Shown: positions 1-9,926 of the stretch, piece after piece
How positions within the stretch are numbered: the stretch's first letter is position 1
Layout of the letters: every line of letters begins with the position of its first letter
Source of the DNA: a virus
Lineage: Duplodnaviria; Heunggongvirae; Uroviricota; Caudoviricetes
Direction: 5' to 3' (one strand)
DNA length: 37,224 bases
Virus record (IMG/VR): IMGVR_UViG_3300029473_000203
Translations under genes and position numbers: made by a program
Notes under the pieces: model-generated
The model's input: only the letters and a program-made list of their open reading frames with translations
Told to the model about the DNA's origin: nothing
Databases searched by the model: none

Positions 1-1053
1 TTACGGGGTAATGCCAACCGCTGCCGCCACTTTGTCGCCACTTGGCAGCGTTGCCAGAGGATTGAAACGGAGCGCCGTTTCCAGATGATCTGGTGCCAGA
101 TGTGCGTAACGCATAGTCATTTTTATATCGTGGTGTCCGAGAATTTTTTGTAAGGCGAGAATGTTTCCACCCGACATCATGAAGTGCGCCGCAAACGTAT
201 GGCGCAGAACGTGTGTGAGTTGACCGCGAGGGAGCACGATAGACGTTTTTTCCATCACGGATAAAAATTGAAAATAGTAGTCTGTAAAGAAATTGAACCC
301 ATCAAGCGCCATGATCTCTTCGTAAAGCTCTTTACTGATAGGGATGCTTCTGTTTTTCTTCCCCTTCGTTCTGACAAAGGTAATTCGGTATTTGGTCACC
401 TGTGAGCGGGTAAGATTTACGGCTTCACGCCAGCGTGCGCCTGTGCTTAAGCATATCTTAACTACCAGTGCCAGAATTGGGTCCTGACGTTTGCAATCAG
501 CCAGCAATTCAACAATCTGCTCATGGGTAAGCCATGCCATCTCTTTTTCTGCGATGGTGAATTTTCGCATGTTCTCCAGTGGGTTCGGATACGACCATTC
601 GCCCAGACGGGATAGTTCGCTAAAAACACTACTTAGATAGCTTTGCTCCAAGTTAATGGTGACCGGGCTTGCTCCTTTCTTCCATTTCTCGCTGAAGTAG
701 ATCTCGCCTGTCAGGCGTTTATCTCGATAGTGGGCAAACATTTTAGAGGTGAGATCGGTTGCAAGAGGATTACCCAGAGCGTCAACCATCAACAGCAATT
801 TGTCATAGACATGCTGCCCAGCTGTCAGAGATTTACCATGTAGTTTGAACCATAGCTCAACTACGTCTTTCAGTGTTCGACGATCCACTGATTCACCCAG
901 CCAGGGCTTTGCTTCGGTTTCTTCCATCGTGTGGCGCTCAAAAGCCAGAGCTTCGCCTTTGGTGGCGAATTGTTTACGCACACGACGTCCACTACGTCCG
1001 GCGGGGTAACATTCGCAAAGCCATTTCCCTGTGGTGAGTTTTCGTACTGCCAT
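1..1053 (-). CDS. int: Phage tyrosine integrase (P2/186 Int-like)
   Basis: ORF 1..1209 minus; C-terminal region has tyrosine-recombinase motifs (ARWREA, HVLRHTFAAHF, MRYAHL); start placed at ATG giving MAVRKLTTGKW, matching the P2 Int N-terminus from memory; stop codon is at window positions 1-3. Confidence 0.9.
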   Translation of the reverse strand: MAVRKLTTGKWLCECYPAGRSGRRVRKQFATKGEALAFERHTMEETEAKPWLGESVDRRTLKDVVELWFKLHGKSLTAGQHVYDKLLLMVDALGNPLATDLTSKMFAHYRDKRLTGEIYFSEKWKKGASPVTINLEQSYLSSVFSELSRLGEWSYPNPLENMRKFTIAEKEMAWLTHEQIVELLADCKRQDPILALVVKICLSTGARWREAVNLTRSQVTKYRITFVRTKGKKNRSIPISKELYEEIMALDGFNFFTDYYFQFLSVMEKTSIVLPRGQLTHVLRHTFAAHFMMSGGNILALQKILGHHDIKMTMRYAHLAPDHLETALRFNPLATLPSGDKVAAAVGITP

Positions 1054-1241
1054 AAAAAATGCCCTCCAGTAGAGAGCATTTTTACTGTATGTATAACCAG
1101 TGTCAATGTATGAAATCCTACGACCATACATCTCACTGAAGCCATCATGAAGTTGGCTATTCTTTTTGCTATGTGAGCATGTAACTTTTGCGGTTAACCT
1201 GCGGCTCATTTTTATTTTAGACGCAGATATAAAAGCAAAAG

Positions 1242-1433
1242 TTATCGTGAGTTTTTAGTACAGATTTTTTTGGATTTACTAATAGTTCCATCATTGCAAA
1301 CGAATTTGCCATCTGAGGTACAGTGAGAAACACCTCCCTTTTTCCCTGAGCAGGGATAATTTCTAGCATAGGTAGTTAGTGGGTTTAATAACAAAGAACA
1401 TGACAAAACCACAAAAAATACCTTACCAAGCAT
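1242..1433 (-). CDS. Small secreted cysteine-containing protein (63 aa, hypothetical moron)
   Basis: Strong RBS GGGAGGA 5 nt upstream of ATG; N-terminal signal-peptide-like segment [23 protein letters not shown]; putative mature part has 4 Cys and is Lys-rich; AT-rich; sits between cI and int on the same strand. Confidence 0.45.
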   Translation of the reverse strand: MLGKVFFVVLSCSLLLNPLTTYARNYPCSGKKGGVSHCTSDGKFVCNDGTISKSKKICTKNSR

Positions 1434-1448
1434 AGTTTCCTCCCGGTA

Positions 1449-2018
1449 CTATTTAACATACTTGACTGTTAAACTTATAATTTTACCAATTATTTCAATG
1501 TCTTCTATCTTGCATTCGAAGGCTCTGTTTCCACCCTCGACGAAGATTCTTCCACCGGGTAAACGAGTAATGTCACGGATCGTTATTTCGCCATCAATAC
1601 TTATTACCCATTTACCATCACGTATATCATCAAATTCTTTATCACAAATAAATTCAGAATTGTTATCTGTGATGACAAAAGGTTTTTTAAAAGTAGAGGG
1701 TAGAAATCCCTTATCAAAAATATAAAAACCGTCTTTCTGCAATGCTCCATCAGACAATAAATATTTTTCTACTTCTATAGTATTTGTATTTGCTGATGCT
1801 TGCTTTGAACCATGCCCTGTTGTTAGCCAATTAAGCGAGGTGCCCGTTTCAAGGGCGCACTGGATTACCCAATCTGCTGGAAAAATATCACGCATATAGC
1901 GCGTTGCCATGGTGCTCTTAGAAACACCTAAATGATCACAGAGAGCCTGACGGGTACCGAACCCATATGCTTCAACTAAACGTTCTATGGCTTTCTTACC
2001 GCCGCTATTGAAATCCAC
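1449..2018 (-). CDS. cI: CI-type immunity repressor (phage 186 CI-like)
   Basis: Translation resembles 186 CI as I recall it (AYGF ... CALETG ... LxWLxTG ... KLPG ... GG..FEC); start uncertain: GTG at 2018 after GGAGG, ORF track extends to GTG at 2105. Confidence 0.8.
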   Translation of the reverse strand: MDFNSGGKKAIERLVEAYGFGTRQALCDHLGVSKSTMATRYMRDIFPADWVIQCALETGTSLNWLTTGHGSKQASANTNTIEVEKYLLSDGALQKDGFYIFDKGFLPSTFKKPFVITDNNSEFICDKEFDDIRDGKWVISIDGEITIRDITRLPGGRIFVEGGNRAFECKIEDIEIIGKIISLTVKYVK

Positions 2019-2163
2019 AAGTCCTCCAAAGAAATCCAAAATTCGTTGACAGATTCCAAAAGCGATCTTAAAGTTGAACCAGAAGTGTTCTTTTGGAGCC
2101 TTCACTACTAATCACGACAAACAACGGCTCGCCACAAGCCATACCTAGAAGGAATGTTGCCTT

Positions 2164-2367
2164 ATGACACCTAACATTTCAATTACTCTGAATACACCAC
2201 ATGTCACAATCGAACGTTATAGCGAACTGACTGGCCTTTCTATTGATACGATTAACGACATGTTGGCTGATGGCCGACTACCTCGTCATCGTCTTCGTAA
2301 AGACAAAAAACGTGAAAAGGTAATGATTAACCTGGCTGCTCTGACTGTTGATGCTTTGTCTGCTTAA
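2164..2367 (+). CDS. Apl/Cox-like small DNA-binding excisionase/regulator
   Basis: 67-aa basic ORF divergent from cI in the position of 186 apl / P2 cox; assignment by position and size only. Confidence 0.6.
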   Translation: MTPNISITLNTPHVTIERYSELTGLSIDTINDMLADGRLPRHRLRKDKKREKVMINLAALTVDALSA

Positions 2368-2431
2368 TAGACGTCTATTTTCGCAATAAGACGCTGAGTT
2401 CGATTTTGCGATAAGTTCGGAGTTGAAAACC

Positions 2432-2941
2432 ATGTTTGATTACCAAGTTTCCAAACATCCACATTTTGATGAAGCCTGTCGTGCATTTGCACTGCGCCAC
2501 AATCTGGTGCAACTGGCAGAACGTGCAGGCATGAATGTGCAGATTCTGCGGAACAAGCTGAACCCAGCTCAGCCTCATTTATTAACCGCACCAGAAATCT
2601 GGCTGCTTACCGATCTGACTGAAGATTCAACGCTGGTAGATGGTTTTCTGGCACAGATTCATTGTCTGCCATGTGTACCGATTAATGAGGTGGCAAAAGA
2701 GAAACTGCCACATTACGTCATGAGTGCAACCGCAGAGATCGGGCGTGTTGCTGCAGGTGCGGTGTCTGGCGATGTAAAAACCTGTGCCGGTCGTCGTGAT
2801 GCTATCAGCAGCATTAACTCTGTAACACGACTGATGGCGCTGGCTGCTGTTTCATTGCAGGCCCGTTTACAGGCTAATCCTGCGATGGCGAGTGCAGTTG
2901 ATACCGTGACTGGCCTCGGTGCTTCATTCGGTTTGCTGTGA
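2432..2941 (+). CDS. cII: CII-like lysogeny establishment regulator (phage 186 CII-like)
   Basis: Translation [19 protein letters not shown]...[26 protein letters not shown] closely resembles 186 CII as I recall it; ATG at 2432 inside ORF track 2423..2941. Confidence 0.75.
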   Translation: MFDYQVSKHPHFDEACRAFALRHNLVQLAERAGMNVQILRNKLNPAQPHLLTAPEIWLLTDLTEDSTLVDGFLAQIHCLPCVPINEVAKEKLPHYVMSATAEIGRVAAGAVSGDVKTCAGRRDAISSINSVTRLMALAAVSLQARLQANPAMASAVDTVTGLGASFGLL

Positions 2942-2948
2942 GGTGCTT

Positions 2949-3245
2949 ATGCTGACGAAAGAACCATCATTTGCATCGCTGCTGGTAAAACAAAGCCCGG
3001 CAATGCACTACGGTCACGGCTGGATCACGGGTGAGGATGGAAAACGCTGGCATCCATGTCATTCACAAGATGAATTGCTGTCTGAATTGACCACGAGGAA
3101 ACGGAGAAAGTCCAAATGTATGCGGCAGAAAGTGAAGTGGTTTATCAGTTTCGTTACAGAGGGGAGAGTTATTCAGTACCTGAAGATGATTTGCTCTGTT
3201 GCTATCCGTCATTGTCGGGAGATGGCAGTTACTTTTTCACGTTAA
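2949..3245 (+). CDS. Hypothetical early-region protein
   Basis: ORF with ATG at 2949 after GAGGTG; 3' part overlaps ORF 3116..3340 in another frame, so the true extent is uncertain. Confidence 0.35.
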   Translation: MLTKEPSFASLLVKQSPAMHYGHGWITGEDGKRWHPCHSQDELLSELTTRKRRKSKCMRQKVKWFISFVTEGRVIQYLKMICSVAIRHCREMAVTFSR

Positions 3246-3340
3246 AGGATGGGACGTTTTTACGGGGAGAGCAGGTTAAAGAGACGATACGAAAAAATGT
3301 ATCTCCTCTTGAGCGTTACCGTAAGAACAAAGAACGATAG
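3116..3340 (+). CDS. Hypothetical early-region protein (74 aa)
   Basis: ATG at 3116 preceded by GGAG about 8 nt upstream; no recognisable motif. Confidence 0.45.
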   Translation: MYAAESEVVYQFRYRGESYSVPEDDLLCCYPSLSGDGSYFFTLKDGTFLRGEQVKETIRKNVSPLERYRKNKER

Positions 3341-3362
3341 CTGCGTTTGGGGAATATGAAGT

Positions 3363-3704
3363 ATGGCAATTAATGGCGCTGCAGCAACTGTTCCATTAAG
3401 CCCAGGTGAACGCCTGAATGGACTTAATCATATTGCGGAATTAAGGGCGAAAGTATTTGGCCTGAATATTGAGTCAGAGCTTGAGCGGTTTATTAAAGAT
3501 ATACGTGATCCACGGGATGTTAATTATGAACGAAATAAACGAGCACTGGCTGCTATATTCTTTATAGCAAAAATTCCAGCTGAACGTCATAGCATCAGCA
3601 TTAATGAGCTGACCACTGACGAAAAGCGGGAGTTGATTAAAGTAATGAATCATCTTCGTGCAGTGGTGAGCTTATTTCCCAGACGGCTAGCCATGCCGAA
3701 TTAA
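3363..3704 (+). CDS. Hypothetical early-region protein (113 aa)
   Basis: Clean ORF in the early operon; no recognisable motif. Confidence 0.5.
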   Translation: MAINGAAATVPLSPGERLNGLNHIAELRAKVFGLNIESELERFIKDIRDPRDVNYERNKRALAAIFFIAKIPAERHSISINELTTDEKRELIKVMNHLRAVVSLFPRRLAMPN

Positions 3705-3771
3705 CCAATTAATGAAATTCATGGCGTAAACCCGCCGGGCATTCCTTTATCTAAATTCAGGAGAATTGATT

Positions 3772-4005
3772 ATGCGTAATATTGAAACCCTCTCGACTAA
3801 AACCGGACCGGATGACGCAGGACTTAATATTTTACTGACAGAGGCTCGTCTGGAAGAACGTCGGGCAAGAGCTGAAGCAATGGCAGCTCGCCTTGATAGC
3901 CTTGCGTGCCATATCACATCCCGCCAGCTAAACCACGTTGAAGCGGCTGAACTGCTGCGTGTGGCAGCTGAAGCAATCCAGAACGAAGCGCAGGAGATCC
4001 ACTAA
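3772..4005 (+). CDS. Hypothetical early-region protein (about 78 aa)
   Basis: ATG at 3772 preceded by AGGAG; Ala/Arg/Glu-rich helical-looking sequence. Confidence 0.5.
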   Translation: MRNIETLSTKTGPDDAGLNILLTEARLEERRARAEAMAARLDSLACHITSRQLNHVEAAELLRVAAEAIQNEAQEIH

Positions 4006-4232
4006 TGGCTGATGCAATGGATCTCGTACAGCAGCGCGTTGAAGAAGAACGCCAGCGTCATATCCGTGCTGCCCGTGCCAAAACGCCGGGCGTGTCCCGC
4101 GTGCTTTGCATTGAGTGTGAAGCGCCAATTCCGCCAGCACGCCGCCGTGCCATTCCGGGTGTGCAGCTTTGCATTACCTGTCAGGAAATCGCAGAGCTGA
4201 AAGGCAAACATTACAACGGAGGTGCTGTATGA
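4005..4232 (+). CDS. TraR/DksA-family C4 zinc-finger protein
   Basis: CIECEAPIPPARRRAIPGVQLCITCQ gives C-x2-C-x17-C-x2-C; stop overlaps the dam start (ATGA). Confidence 0.65.
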   Translation: MADAMDLVQQRVEEERQRHIRAARAKTPGVSRVLCIECEAPIPPARRRAIPGVQLCITCQEIAELKGKHYNGGAV

Positions 4233-5086
4233 GCACCATCCTGAAATGGGCGGGAAATAAAACCGCCATTATGTCCGAACTGAAAAAGCATCTTCCTGCT
4301 GGCCCGCGACTGGTTGAACCTTTCGCGGGTTCCTGTGCAGTGATGATGGAGACGGAGTACCCCAGCTATCTTGTTGCGGATATTAATCCTGATTTAATCA
4401 ACCTCTATAAAAAGGTTGCTGCTGATTGTGAATCGTTTATATCTCGCGCCAGAGTTTTATTTGAGATCGCAAACAGGGGGGTGGCTTATTACAACATAAG
4501 GCAGGAGTTTAATTACTCAACTGAAATTACTGATTTCATGAAAGCGGTATATTTCCTGTATCTCAATCGTCACGGTTACCGTGGTTTATGTCGCTATAAC
4601 AAGAGCGGGCATTTCAACATTCCCTACGGTAATTATAAAAATCCGTATTTCCCTGAAAAAGAAATTCGCGCATTTGCAGAAAAAGCCCAGCGAGCAACGT
4701 TTATCTGCGCCAGCTTTGATGAAACGCTGGCGATGTTGAAGGCGGGGGATGTGGTGTATTGCGATCCGCCGTATGACGGTACGTTTTCCGGCTATCACAC
4801 TGATGGTTTCACTGAAGATGACCAGTATCACCTGGCATCCGTTCTTGAACATCGGTCATCAGAAGGACATCCGGTCATTGTTTCTAACAGTGATACATCC
4901 CTGATCCGTTCGCTGTATCGCAATTTTACTCACCACTATATCAAGGTAAAACGCAGCATCGGTGTGGCAGCTGGCGAGGGTAAATCAGCAACAGAAATCA
5001 TTGCTGTTTCCGGGCCGCGCTGCTGGGTGGGATTTGATTATTCGCGTGGCGTGGATAGTTCTGCCGTGTACGGAGTACGTGCATGA
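4229..5086 (+). CDS. dam: DNA adenine methyltransferase (Dam family)
   Basis: N-terminal LKWAGNK...PFAGS (SAM-binding) and DPPY motif (CDPPYDG); start moved to ATG 4229 (MSTILKWAG) within ORF track 4169..5086; stop overlaps the repA start. Confidence 0.85.
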   Translation: MSTILKWAGNKTAIMSELKKHLPAGPRLVEPFAGSCAVMMETEYPSYLVADINPDLINLYKKVAADCESFISRARVLFEIANRGVAYYNIRQEFNYSTEITDFMKAVYFLYLNRHGYRGLCRYNKSGHFNIPYGNYKNPYFPEKEIRAFAEKAQRATFICASFDETLAMLKAGDVVYCDPPYDGTFSGYHTDGFTEDDQYHLASVLEHRSSEGHPVIVSNSDTSLIRSLYRNFTHHYIKVKRSIGVAAGEGKSATEIIAVSGPRCWVGFDYSRGVDSSAVYGVRA

Positions 5087-7497
5087 GCCATGCCGATATG
5101 AACAACTGCTGCGGCTTTAACGAGGCTGCCGCAGCGTTCTCATGGAACAGCCCGAAAAAGGCCATTAACCCTTATCTGGACCCGGCGGAAGTTGCGCCGG
5201 TTTCTGCGCTTTCAAACCTGATCGCTCTGTACGCTGCCGATAACGAGCAGGAACACCTGCGCCGCGAGGCACTGAGTGATCAGGTCTGGGAGCGTTATTT
5301 CTTTAATGAATCCCGTGATCCTGTCCAGCGCGAAATGGAGCAGGATAAGCTCATTAGTCGGGCAAAGCTGGCGCATGAGCAGCAGCGTTTTAATCCAGAT
5401 ATGGTCATTCTGGCGGACGTCAATGCCCAGCCTTCCCATATCAGCAAGCCGCTGATGCAACGTATTGAATACTTCAGCAGCTTGGGCAGGCCAAAGGCTT
5501 ATTCCCGCTATTTGCGTGAGACGATTAAGCCATGTTTGGAGCGACTGGAGCATGTACGCGACAGCCAGCTATCTGCATCTTTTCGTTTTATGGCAAGCCA
5601 TGTAGGGCTGGACGGCCTGCTGATTCTGCCTGAAATGAGTCAGGATCAGGTGAAACGCCTGTCTACTCTTGTCGCTGCGCATATGAGCATGTGTCTTGAT
5701 GCCGCTTGTGGTGATTTGTACGCCACCGATGATGTTAAGCCAGAAGAAATCCGCAAGACATGGGAAAAGGTGGCAGCAGAAACCCTGCGACTGGATGTTA
5801 TCCCGCCTGCGTTTGAGCAACTTCGTCGGAAAAGAAACCGCCGTAAACCCGTGCCCTATGAACTCATTCCGGGTTCGCTGGCGCGTATGTTGTGCGCCGA
5901 TTGGTGGTACCGGAAATTATGGAAGATGCGTTGCGAATGGCGGGAAGAGCAGTTGCGTGCTGTTTGCCTGGTCAGCAAAAAAGCATCTCCCTATGTCAGC
6001 TATGAAGCCGTGATGCATAAACGTGAGCAGCGCCGTAAGTCGCTGGAGTTTTTCCGTTCTCATGAACTGGTGAACGAAGACGGCGACACGCTGGACATGG
6101 AGGATGTGGTAAACGCCAGCAGCAGCAACCCGGCGCATCGCCGCAATGAGATGATGGCCTGTGTTAAAGGTCTGGAGCTTATCGCAGAAATGCGCAGTGA
6201 CTGTGCCGTTTTCTACACTATCACCTGTCCGTCGCGTTTCCATTCCACGCTCAATAACGGCAGACCAAACCCGACCTGGACAAACGCGACGGTAAGACAA
6301 AGCAGCGATTATCTGGTCGGCATGTTTGCTGCATTTCGTAAGGCTATGCACAAAGCCGGGTTGCGCTGGTATGGCGTGCGGGTGGCTGAACCGCATCATG
6401 ACGGCACAGTTCACTGGCACCTGTTGTGTTTCATGCGCAAAAAAGACCGCCGCGCCATTACTGCATTGTTGCGTAAGTTTGCCATCCGTGAAGACCGCGA
6501 GGAGCTGGGCAATAACACGGGGCCACGCTTTAAGTCTGAGCTGATAAACCCGCGCAAAGGTACGCCAACAAGCTACATCGCGAAATACATCAGTAAGAAC
6601 ATTGACGGGCGTGGTCTGGCTGGCGAGATCAGCAAGGAAACGGGTAAATCCCTGCGTGATAACGCTGAATACGTTAATGCCTGGGCGTCTCTGCATCGTG
6701 TTCAGCAATTCCGCTTCTTTGGCATTCCGGGGCGTCAGGCTTACCGTGAACTGCGATTGCTGGCTGGTCAGGCGGCAAGGCAACAGGGGGACAAAAAAGC
6801 AGGTGCGCCGGTACTGGATAACCCGCGCCTTGATGCAATCCTGGCTGCTGCTGATGCTGGTTGTTTTGCCACCTACATCATGAAGCAGGGCGGCGTACTG
6901 GTTCCCCGCAAATATCACCTCATCAGAACTGCTTATGAAATCAACGAAGAGCCGACCGCCTATGGCGATCACGGTATTCGTATTTATGGCATCTGGTCAC
7001 CCATTGCAGAGGGCAAGATCTGCACTCATGCGGTGAAGTGGAAAATGGTTCGTAAGGCCGTTGACGTTCAGGAGGCGGCAGCCGACCAGGGCGCTTGCGC
7101 CCCTTGGACTCGTGGCAATAACTGTCCCCTTGCTGAAAATTTGAACCAACAGGAGAAAGATAAATCAGCTGATGGGGACCCCAGAACGGACATTACCAGC
7201 ATGGATGACAAGGAGTTGCACGATTACCTGCACAGTATGAGCAAAAAAGAGCGCCGGGAACTGGCAGCAAGGTTACGCCTGGTGAAACCGAAACGGCGTA
7301 AAGACTACAAACAGCGAATTACAGACCATCAGCGACTGCAGCTCGTGTATGAGCTGAAGTCCAGAGGATTTGATGGCAGCGAGAAAGAGGTCGATTTACT
7401 CCTTCGCGGAGGCAGTATTCCGTCAGGAGCAGGCCTGCGTATCTTCTATCGGAACCAGCATTTGCAGGAAGATGATCAGTGGCGGAACCTGTATTAA
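5083..7497 (+). CDS. Replication initiation endonuclease (P2 gpA / 186 RepA-like, HUH rolling-circle)
   Basis: 804-aa ORF with HUH-like motif VHWHLLCF and tyrosine pair YIAKYISK; position after the early operon as in P2/186. Confidence 0.9.
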   Translation: MSHADMNNCCGFNEAAAAFSWNSPKKAINPYLDPAEVAPVSALSNLIALYAADNEQEHLRREALSDQVWERYFFNESRDPVQREMEQDKLISRAKLAHEQQRFNPDMVILADVNAQPSHISKPLMQRIEYFSSLGRPKAYSRYLRETIKPCLERLEHVRDSQLSASFRFMASHVGLDGLLILPEMSQDQVKRLSTLVAAHMSMCLDAACGDLYATDDVKPEEIRKTWEKVAAETLRLDVIPPAFEQLRRKRNRRKPVPYELIPGSLARMLCADWWYRKLWKMRCEWREEQLRAVCLVSKKASPYVSYEAVMHKREQRRKSLEFFRSHELVNEDGDTLDMEDVVNASSSNPAHRRNEMMACVKGLELIAEMRSDCAVFYTITCPSRFHSTLNNGRPNPTWTNATVRQSSDYLVGMFAAFRKAMHKAGLRWYGVRVAEPHHDGTVHWHLLCFMRKKDRRAITALLRKFAIREDREELGNNTGPRFKSELINPRKGTPTSYIAKYISKNIDGRGLAGEISKETGKSLRDNAEYVNAWASLHRVQQFRFFGIPGRQAYRELRLLAGQAARQQGDKKAGAPVLDNPRLDAILAAADAGCFATYIMKQGGVLVPRKYHLIRTAYEINEEPTAYGDHGIRIYGIWSPIAEGKICTHAVKWKMVRKAVDVQEAAADQGACAPWTRGNNCPLAENLNQQEKDKSADGDPRTDITSMDDKELHDYLHSMSKKERRELAARLRLVKPKRRKDYKQRITDHQRLQLVYELKSRGFDGSEKEVDLLLRGGSIPSGAGLRIFYRNQHLQEDDQWRNLY

Positions 7498-7589
7498 TTA
7501 CGCGGGTTAACAATTCGTGCTCTTAATAATACCAGACATATCAGGCTGATGAACGTAAAAAAACGTTTTACATCAGTAAGATTATTATA

Positions 7590-7609
7590 TACTGTAAATA
7601 TAAACAGTG
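7590..7609. promoter_or_regulatory. LexA operator (SOS box) upstream of the tum/DinI-like module
   Basis: TACTGTAAATATAAACAGTG matches consensus TACTG(TA)5CAGTA at 17 of 20 positions with correct CTG-N10-CAG spacing. Confidence 0.7.
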
Positions 7610-7650
7610 GTTATGCATACAGCATTGCGTGTGGTGTCATAGGAGGAAAG

Positions 7651-7839
7651 ATGCAGGACTATTTTTTGGAGTCTTTGAAGCTCCAGCGCATTGATTTTTT
7701 TCTTAAGCTTGTAGCGGCTAGTGAGTGTAGTGATGAAGAGAAGGGGCTGGCTCTGCAGTGGGTTTCTGAATTGACTGATGAACTCATGGCAAAAATCAGA
7801 ACCCACGAATACAACCGCTCAATGGATGTCATCAGCTGA
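7651..7839 (+). CDS. Small SOS-controlled protein (62 aa) of tum-like operon, possible antirepressor component
   Basis: ATG at 7651 preceded by AGGAGG, downstream of the LexA box; the upstream part of ORF track 7549..7839 would cover the operator and is rejected. Confidence 0.5.
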   Translation: MQDYFLESLKLQRIDFFLKLVAASECSDEEKGLALQWVSELTDELMAKIRTHEYNRSMDVIS

Positions 7840-7849
7840 GGTGACTTTT

Positions 7850-8083
7850 ATGCGCATTGAAATAATGATCGATAAAGAGCAGAAGATTAGCCAGTCTACC
7901 CTGGACGCCCTTGAATCCGAGCTTTACCGCAATCTGCGCCCCCTGTATCCCAAAACGGTAATTCGCATTCGCAAAGGTAGCTCTAACGGTGTGGAACTAA
8001 CCGGACTGCAACTGGACGAAGAAAGAAAACAAGTGATGAAAATTATGCAGAAGGTGTGGGAAGACGACAGCTGGCTGCATTAA
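7850..8083 (+). CDS. DinI-like protein (Tum C-terminal-domain-like)
   Basis: MRIEIMIDKEQ...LDALESELYRNL...VWEDDSWL resembles E. coli DinI as I recall it; ATG at 7850 within ORF track 7778..8083. Confidence 0.75.
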   Translation: MRIEIMIDKEQKISQSTLDALESELYRNLRPLYPKTVIRIRKGSSNGVELTGLQLDEERKQVMKIMQKVWEDDSWLH

Positions 8084-8088
8084 GAAAC

Positions 8089-8124
8089 GTTGCTGGCGTC
8101 AGTAATTAATTCTGACGCCAGCAC
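8089..8124. terminator. Inverted repeat between convergent operons (candidate bidirectional terminator)
   Basis: GTTGCTGGCGTCAG / loop TAATTAATT / CTGACGCCAGCAC; no strong T-tract. Confidence 0.4.
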
Positions 8125-8176
8125 GTTGAACAGCAATTAAGTCAAGGTGTTAGTTAAAAAACACCTTATAAGCCAT

Positions 8177-8860
8177 CTATGATTGAAGAGCAATCTTTCT
8201 CAACGTATCAAATACAATTTTTGTAAAATTATTTTCATTTTTAACGTCAATGTAAGCAAGAGCGTTATTAGTAATTTTAAGTTTACCAGAATACTCTAAT
8301 GAATTAACGGAGCAAACAAGTTTGTCAATTCTTATTTTCTTCCCCTCTAATTCTTCTTTATAATATTTTCTAAGGTCACTGCTGCCAATTATTTGCATTT
8401 TAGCTGTAGCGTAATCAGCGACTCTAACTCTAGAAATATCCAGCTGTGTTAGATTTATATTCACATTTGAAGATATTTCGTTGAGCCAATCCATCGGATT
8501 TATATCAATCTCTTCTAGGCTAACGCCTAAGCCAAGATTTCTGACTAAGGCCTGTGAAAACGGTTTTAACGTTCGCGGAGGGTTAGTAAGTTGCATTATA
8601 GGAAGAGTATCTAAAGATACACTGAAATTAGTAGTGCGGTATTCGACTCTTTCTACGATAGTTTCGCTTCCGTCAAAATTAGAAACTTGATCGTGATAAA
8701 TAATACGCTCAACAAAGCGTCCATGTGCAGAATCATGACGTATTTTATCAAAAATAAACCCTTTCCCCTTATCCTCGGTAAAAGAATCAAGAGAAAGACG
8801 TTTAACAGCTTTTTCAAATTCAAGCCGTATGTTTAATTTGAGCCACTTAACCTTCTTCAT
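8177..8860 (-). CDS. Cargo gene 3 of three-gene operon (227 aa, unknown function)
   Basis: Start overlaps the end of gene 2 by 14 nt; AT-rich by eye; no recognisable motif. Confidence 0.8.
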   Translation of the reverse strand: MKKVKWLKLNIRLEFEKAVKRLSLDSFTEDKGKGFIFDKIRHDSAHGRFVERIIYHDQVSNFDGSETIVERVEYRTTNFSVSLDTLPIMQLTNPPRTLKPFSQALVRNLGLGVSLEEIDINPMDWLNEISSNVNINLTQLDISRVRVADYATAKMQIIGSSDLRKYYKEELEGKKIRIDKLVCSVNSLEYSGKLKITNNALAYIDVKNENNFTKIVFDTLRKIALQS

Positions 8861-9926
8861 GTTCGTTTACCTCTGGTCCTATTATTATATTATAGGCATT
8901 TTCAGCGGCTGACTCAATTAATTCACTAATATGTCTTTTCTCTTGTGCCGTTGCCGCACGAATTGTCACATTGAATCCGTCTTCTTTTTGATTATTTATC
9001 CCTTTAATTTGATAGGCAAAGTCACAGCAATTTTCAGAGTCTTTGAAAAATGCTTCAACGTTAATTCTGTCACCAACTCCACTTGTCGGTTTTGAAGACC
9101 ATGCGATACGGCCTATATAATAACCTTTCTCGTGTAGTTGAGAAAATATAGGCGAACTATTAACACCTTCACCATTCAAAACAGCTTTCTTGACGAATCC
9201 GGTATCGATTGTTTCTTCTTTGTCTTCATCTTCACTTGCGTCAATACTGCGATTTAATTCTACTTTCGTTACATCATCAGTCTCATAACCATGTAGTCCA
9301 TTCATTAACTCTTGAAAGAACTGGCTTCGCAATGTAGGGTCAGTGATTGCCATTAAAGAAATTTCAAAACGTTCAATAGGCTCAGATTTGATTTTAGACA
9401 GCTCGTTTTGCAGACCCTCAATAACTTTTTTTGCCTCAGGATTCTGTGGCATACGTACTTCAACCTTGTCAACACCAGGGCGAAGTTCTATTATGACATT
9501 CCGTTTATCTATTTGACGCAGAGCGGTTTTAGATAAGTCTATTTCTTCATAGTTATATTCTACTGTCAGAGAACCATCTTTTTTCGCTACGATATTCAAG
9601 CTTTGCCCTTTACTGGGTGAACATGTTTTTTTCAATGCTTCAGCTGCGCTCTTTAATTCGGCCTGATTTGTTGTGGTCTGAAAACTCACACTGGTAATGC
9701 TTTCTCTTGGATCATATGTTTTGACCATCTTTTTTATATGCTCTAATTCATTAAAACCATGGGGGAGTTTTGATATTTCCTCGATAAGTATTTCCTTGTC
9801 GAGTTCTGGTGATAAAAAAACACCTCTATTTAGCAATAATTCATGTAATTTTGCAGGGGTTATTCTTTTATGATGCAAAGCATCATAAATATTCTTGTCA
9901 GTCGCAAAGTATAATTTTTTAGCCAT
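8847..9926 (-). CDS. Cargo gene 2 of three-gene operon (359 aa, unknown function)
   Basis: ATG overlaps gene 1 stop (TAATG on minus strand); acidic, Lys/Glu-rich; no Walker motif. Confidence 0.8.
   Translation of the reverse strand: MAKKLYFATDKNIYDALHHKRITPAKLHELLLNRGVFLSPELDKEILIEEISKLPHGFNELEHIKKMVKTYDPRESITSVSFQTTTNQAELKSAAEALKKTCSPSKGQSLNIVAKKDGSLTVEYNYEEIDLSKTALRQIDKRNVIIELRPGVDKVEVRMPQNPEAKKVIEGLQNELSKIKSEPIERFEISLMAITDPTLRSQFFQELMNGLHGYETDDVTKVELNRSIDASEDEDKEETIDTGFVKKAVLNGEGVNSSPIFSQLHEKGYYIGRIAWSSKPTSGVGDRINVEAFFKDSENCCDFAYQIKGINNQKEDGFNVTIRAATAQEKRHISELIESAAENAYNIIIGPEVNEHEEG

Noticed and set aside
4169-4228. Upstream extension of the Dam ORF (MHYLSGNRRAERQ...)
   Set aside because: It overlaps the preceding TraR-like gene; the conserved MTase N-terminus begins at ATG 4229, which overlaps that gene's stop as ATGA.
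5917-6972. 351-aa ORF on the minus strand
   Set aside because: Lies entirely antisense within the gpA-like replication gene; the translation is low-complexity with no start context; typical antisense artefact in a GC-balanced coding region.
7549-7650. Upstream extension of the tum-like ORF
   Set aside because: It would cover the LexA operator and promoter; the internal ATG at 7651 has a strong AGGAGG RBS.
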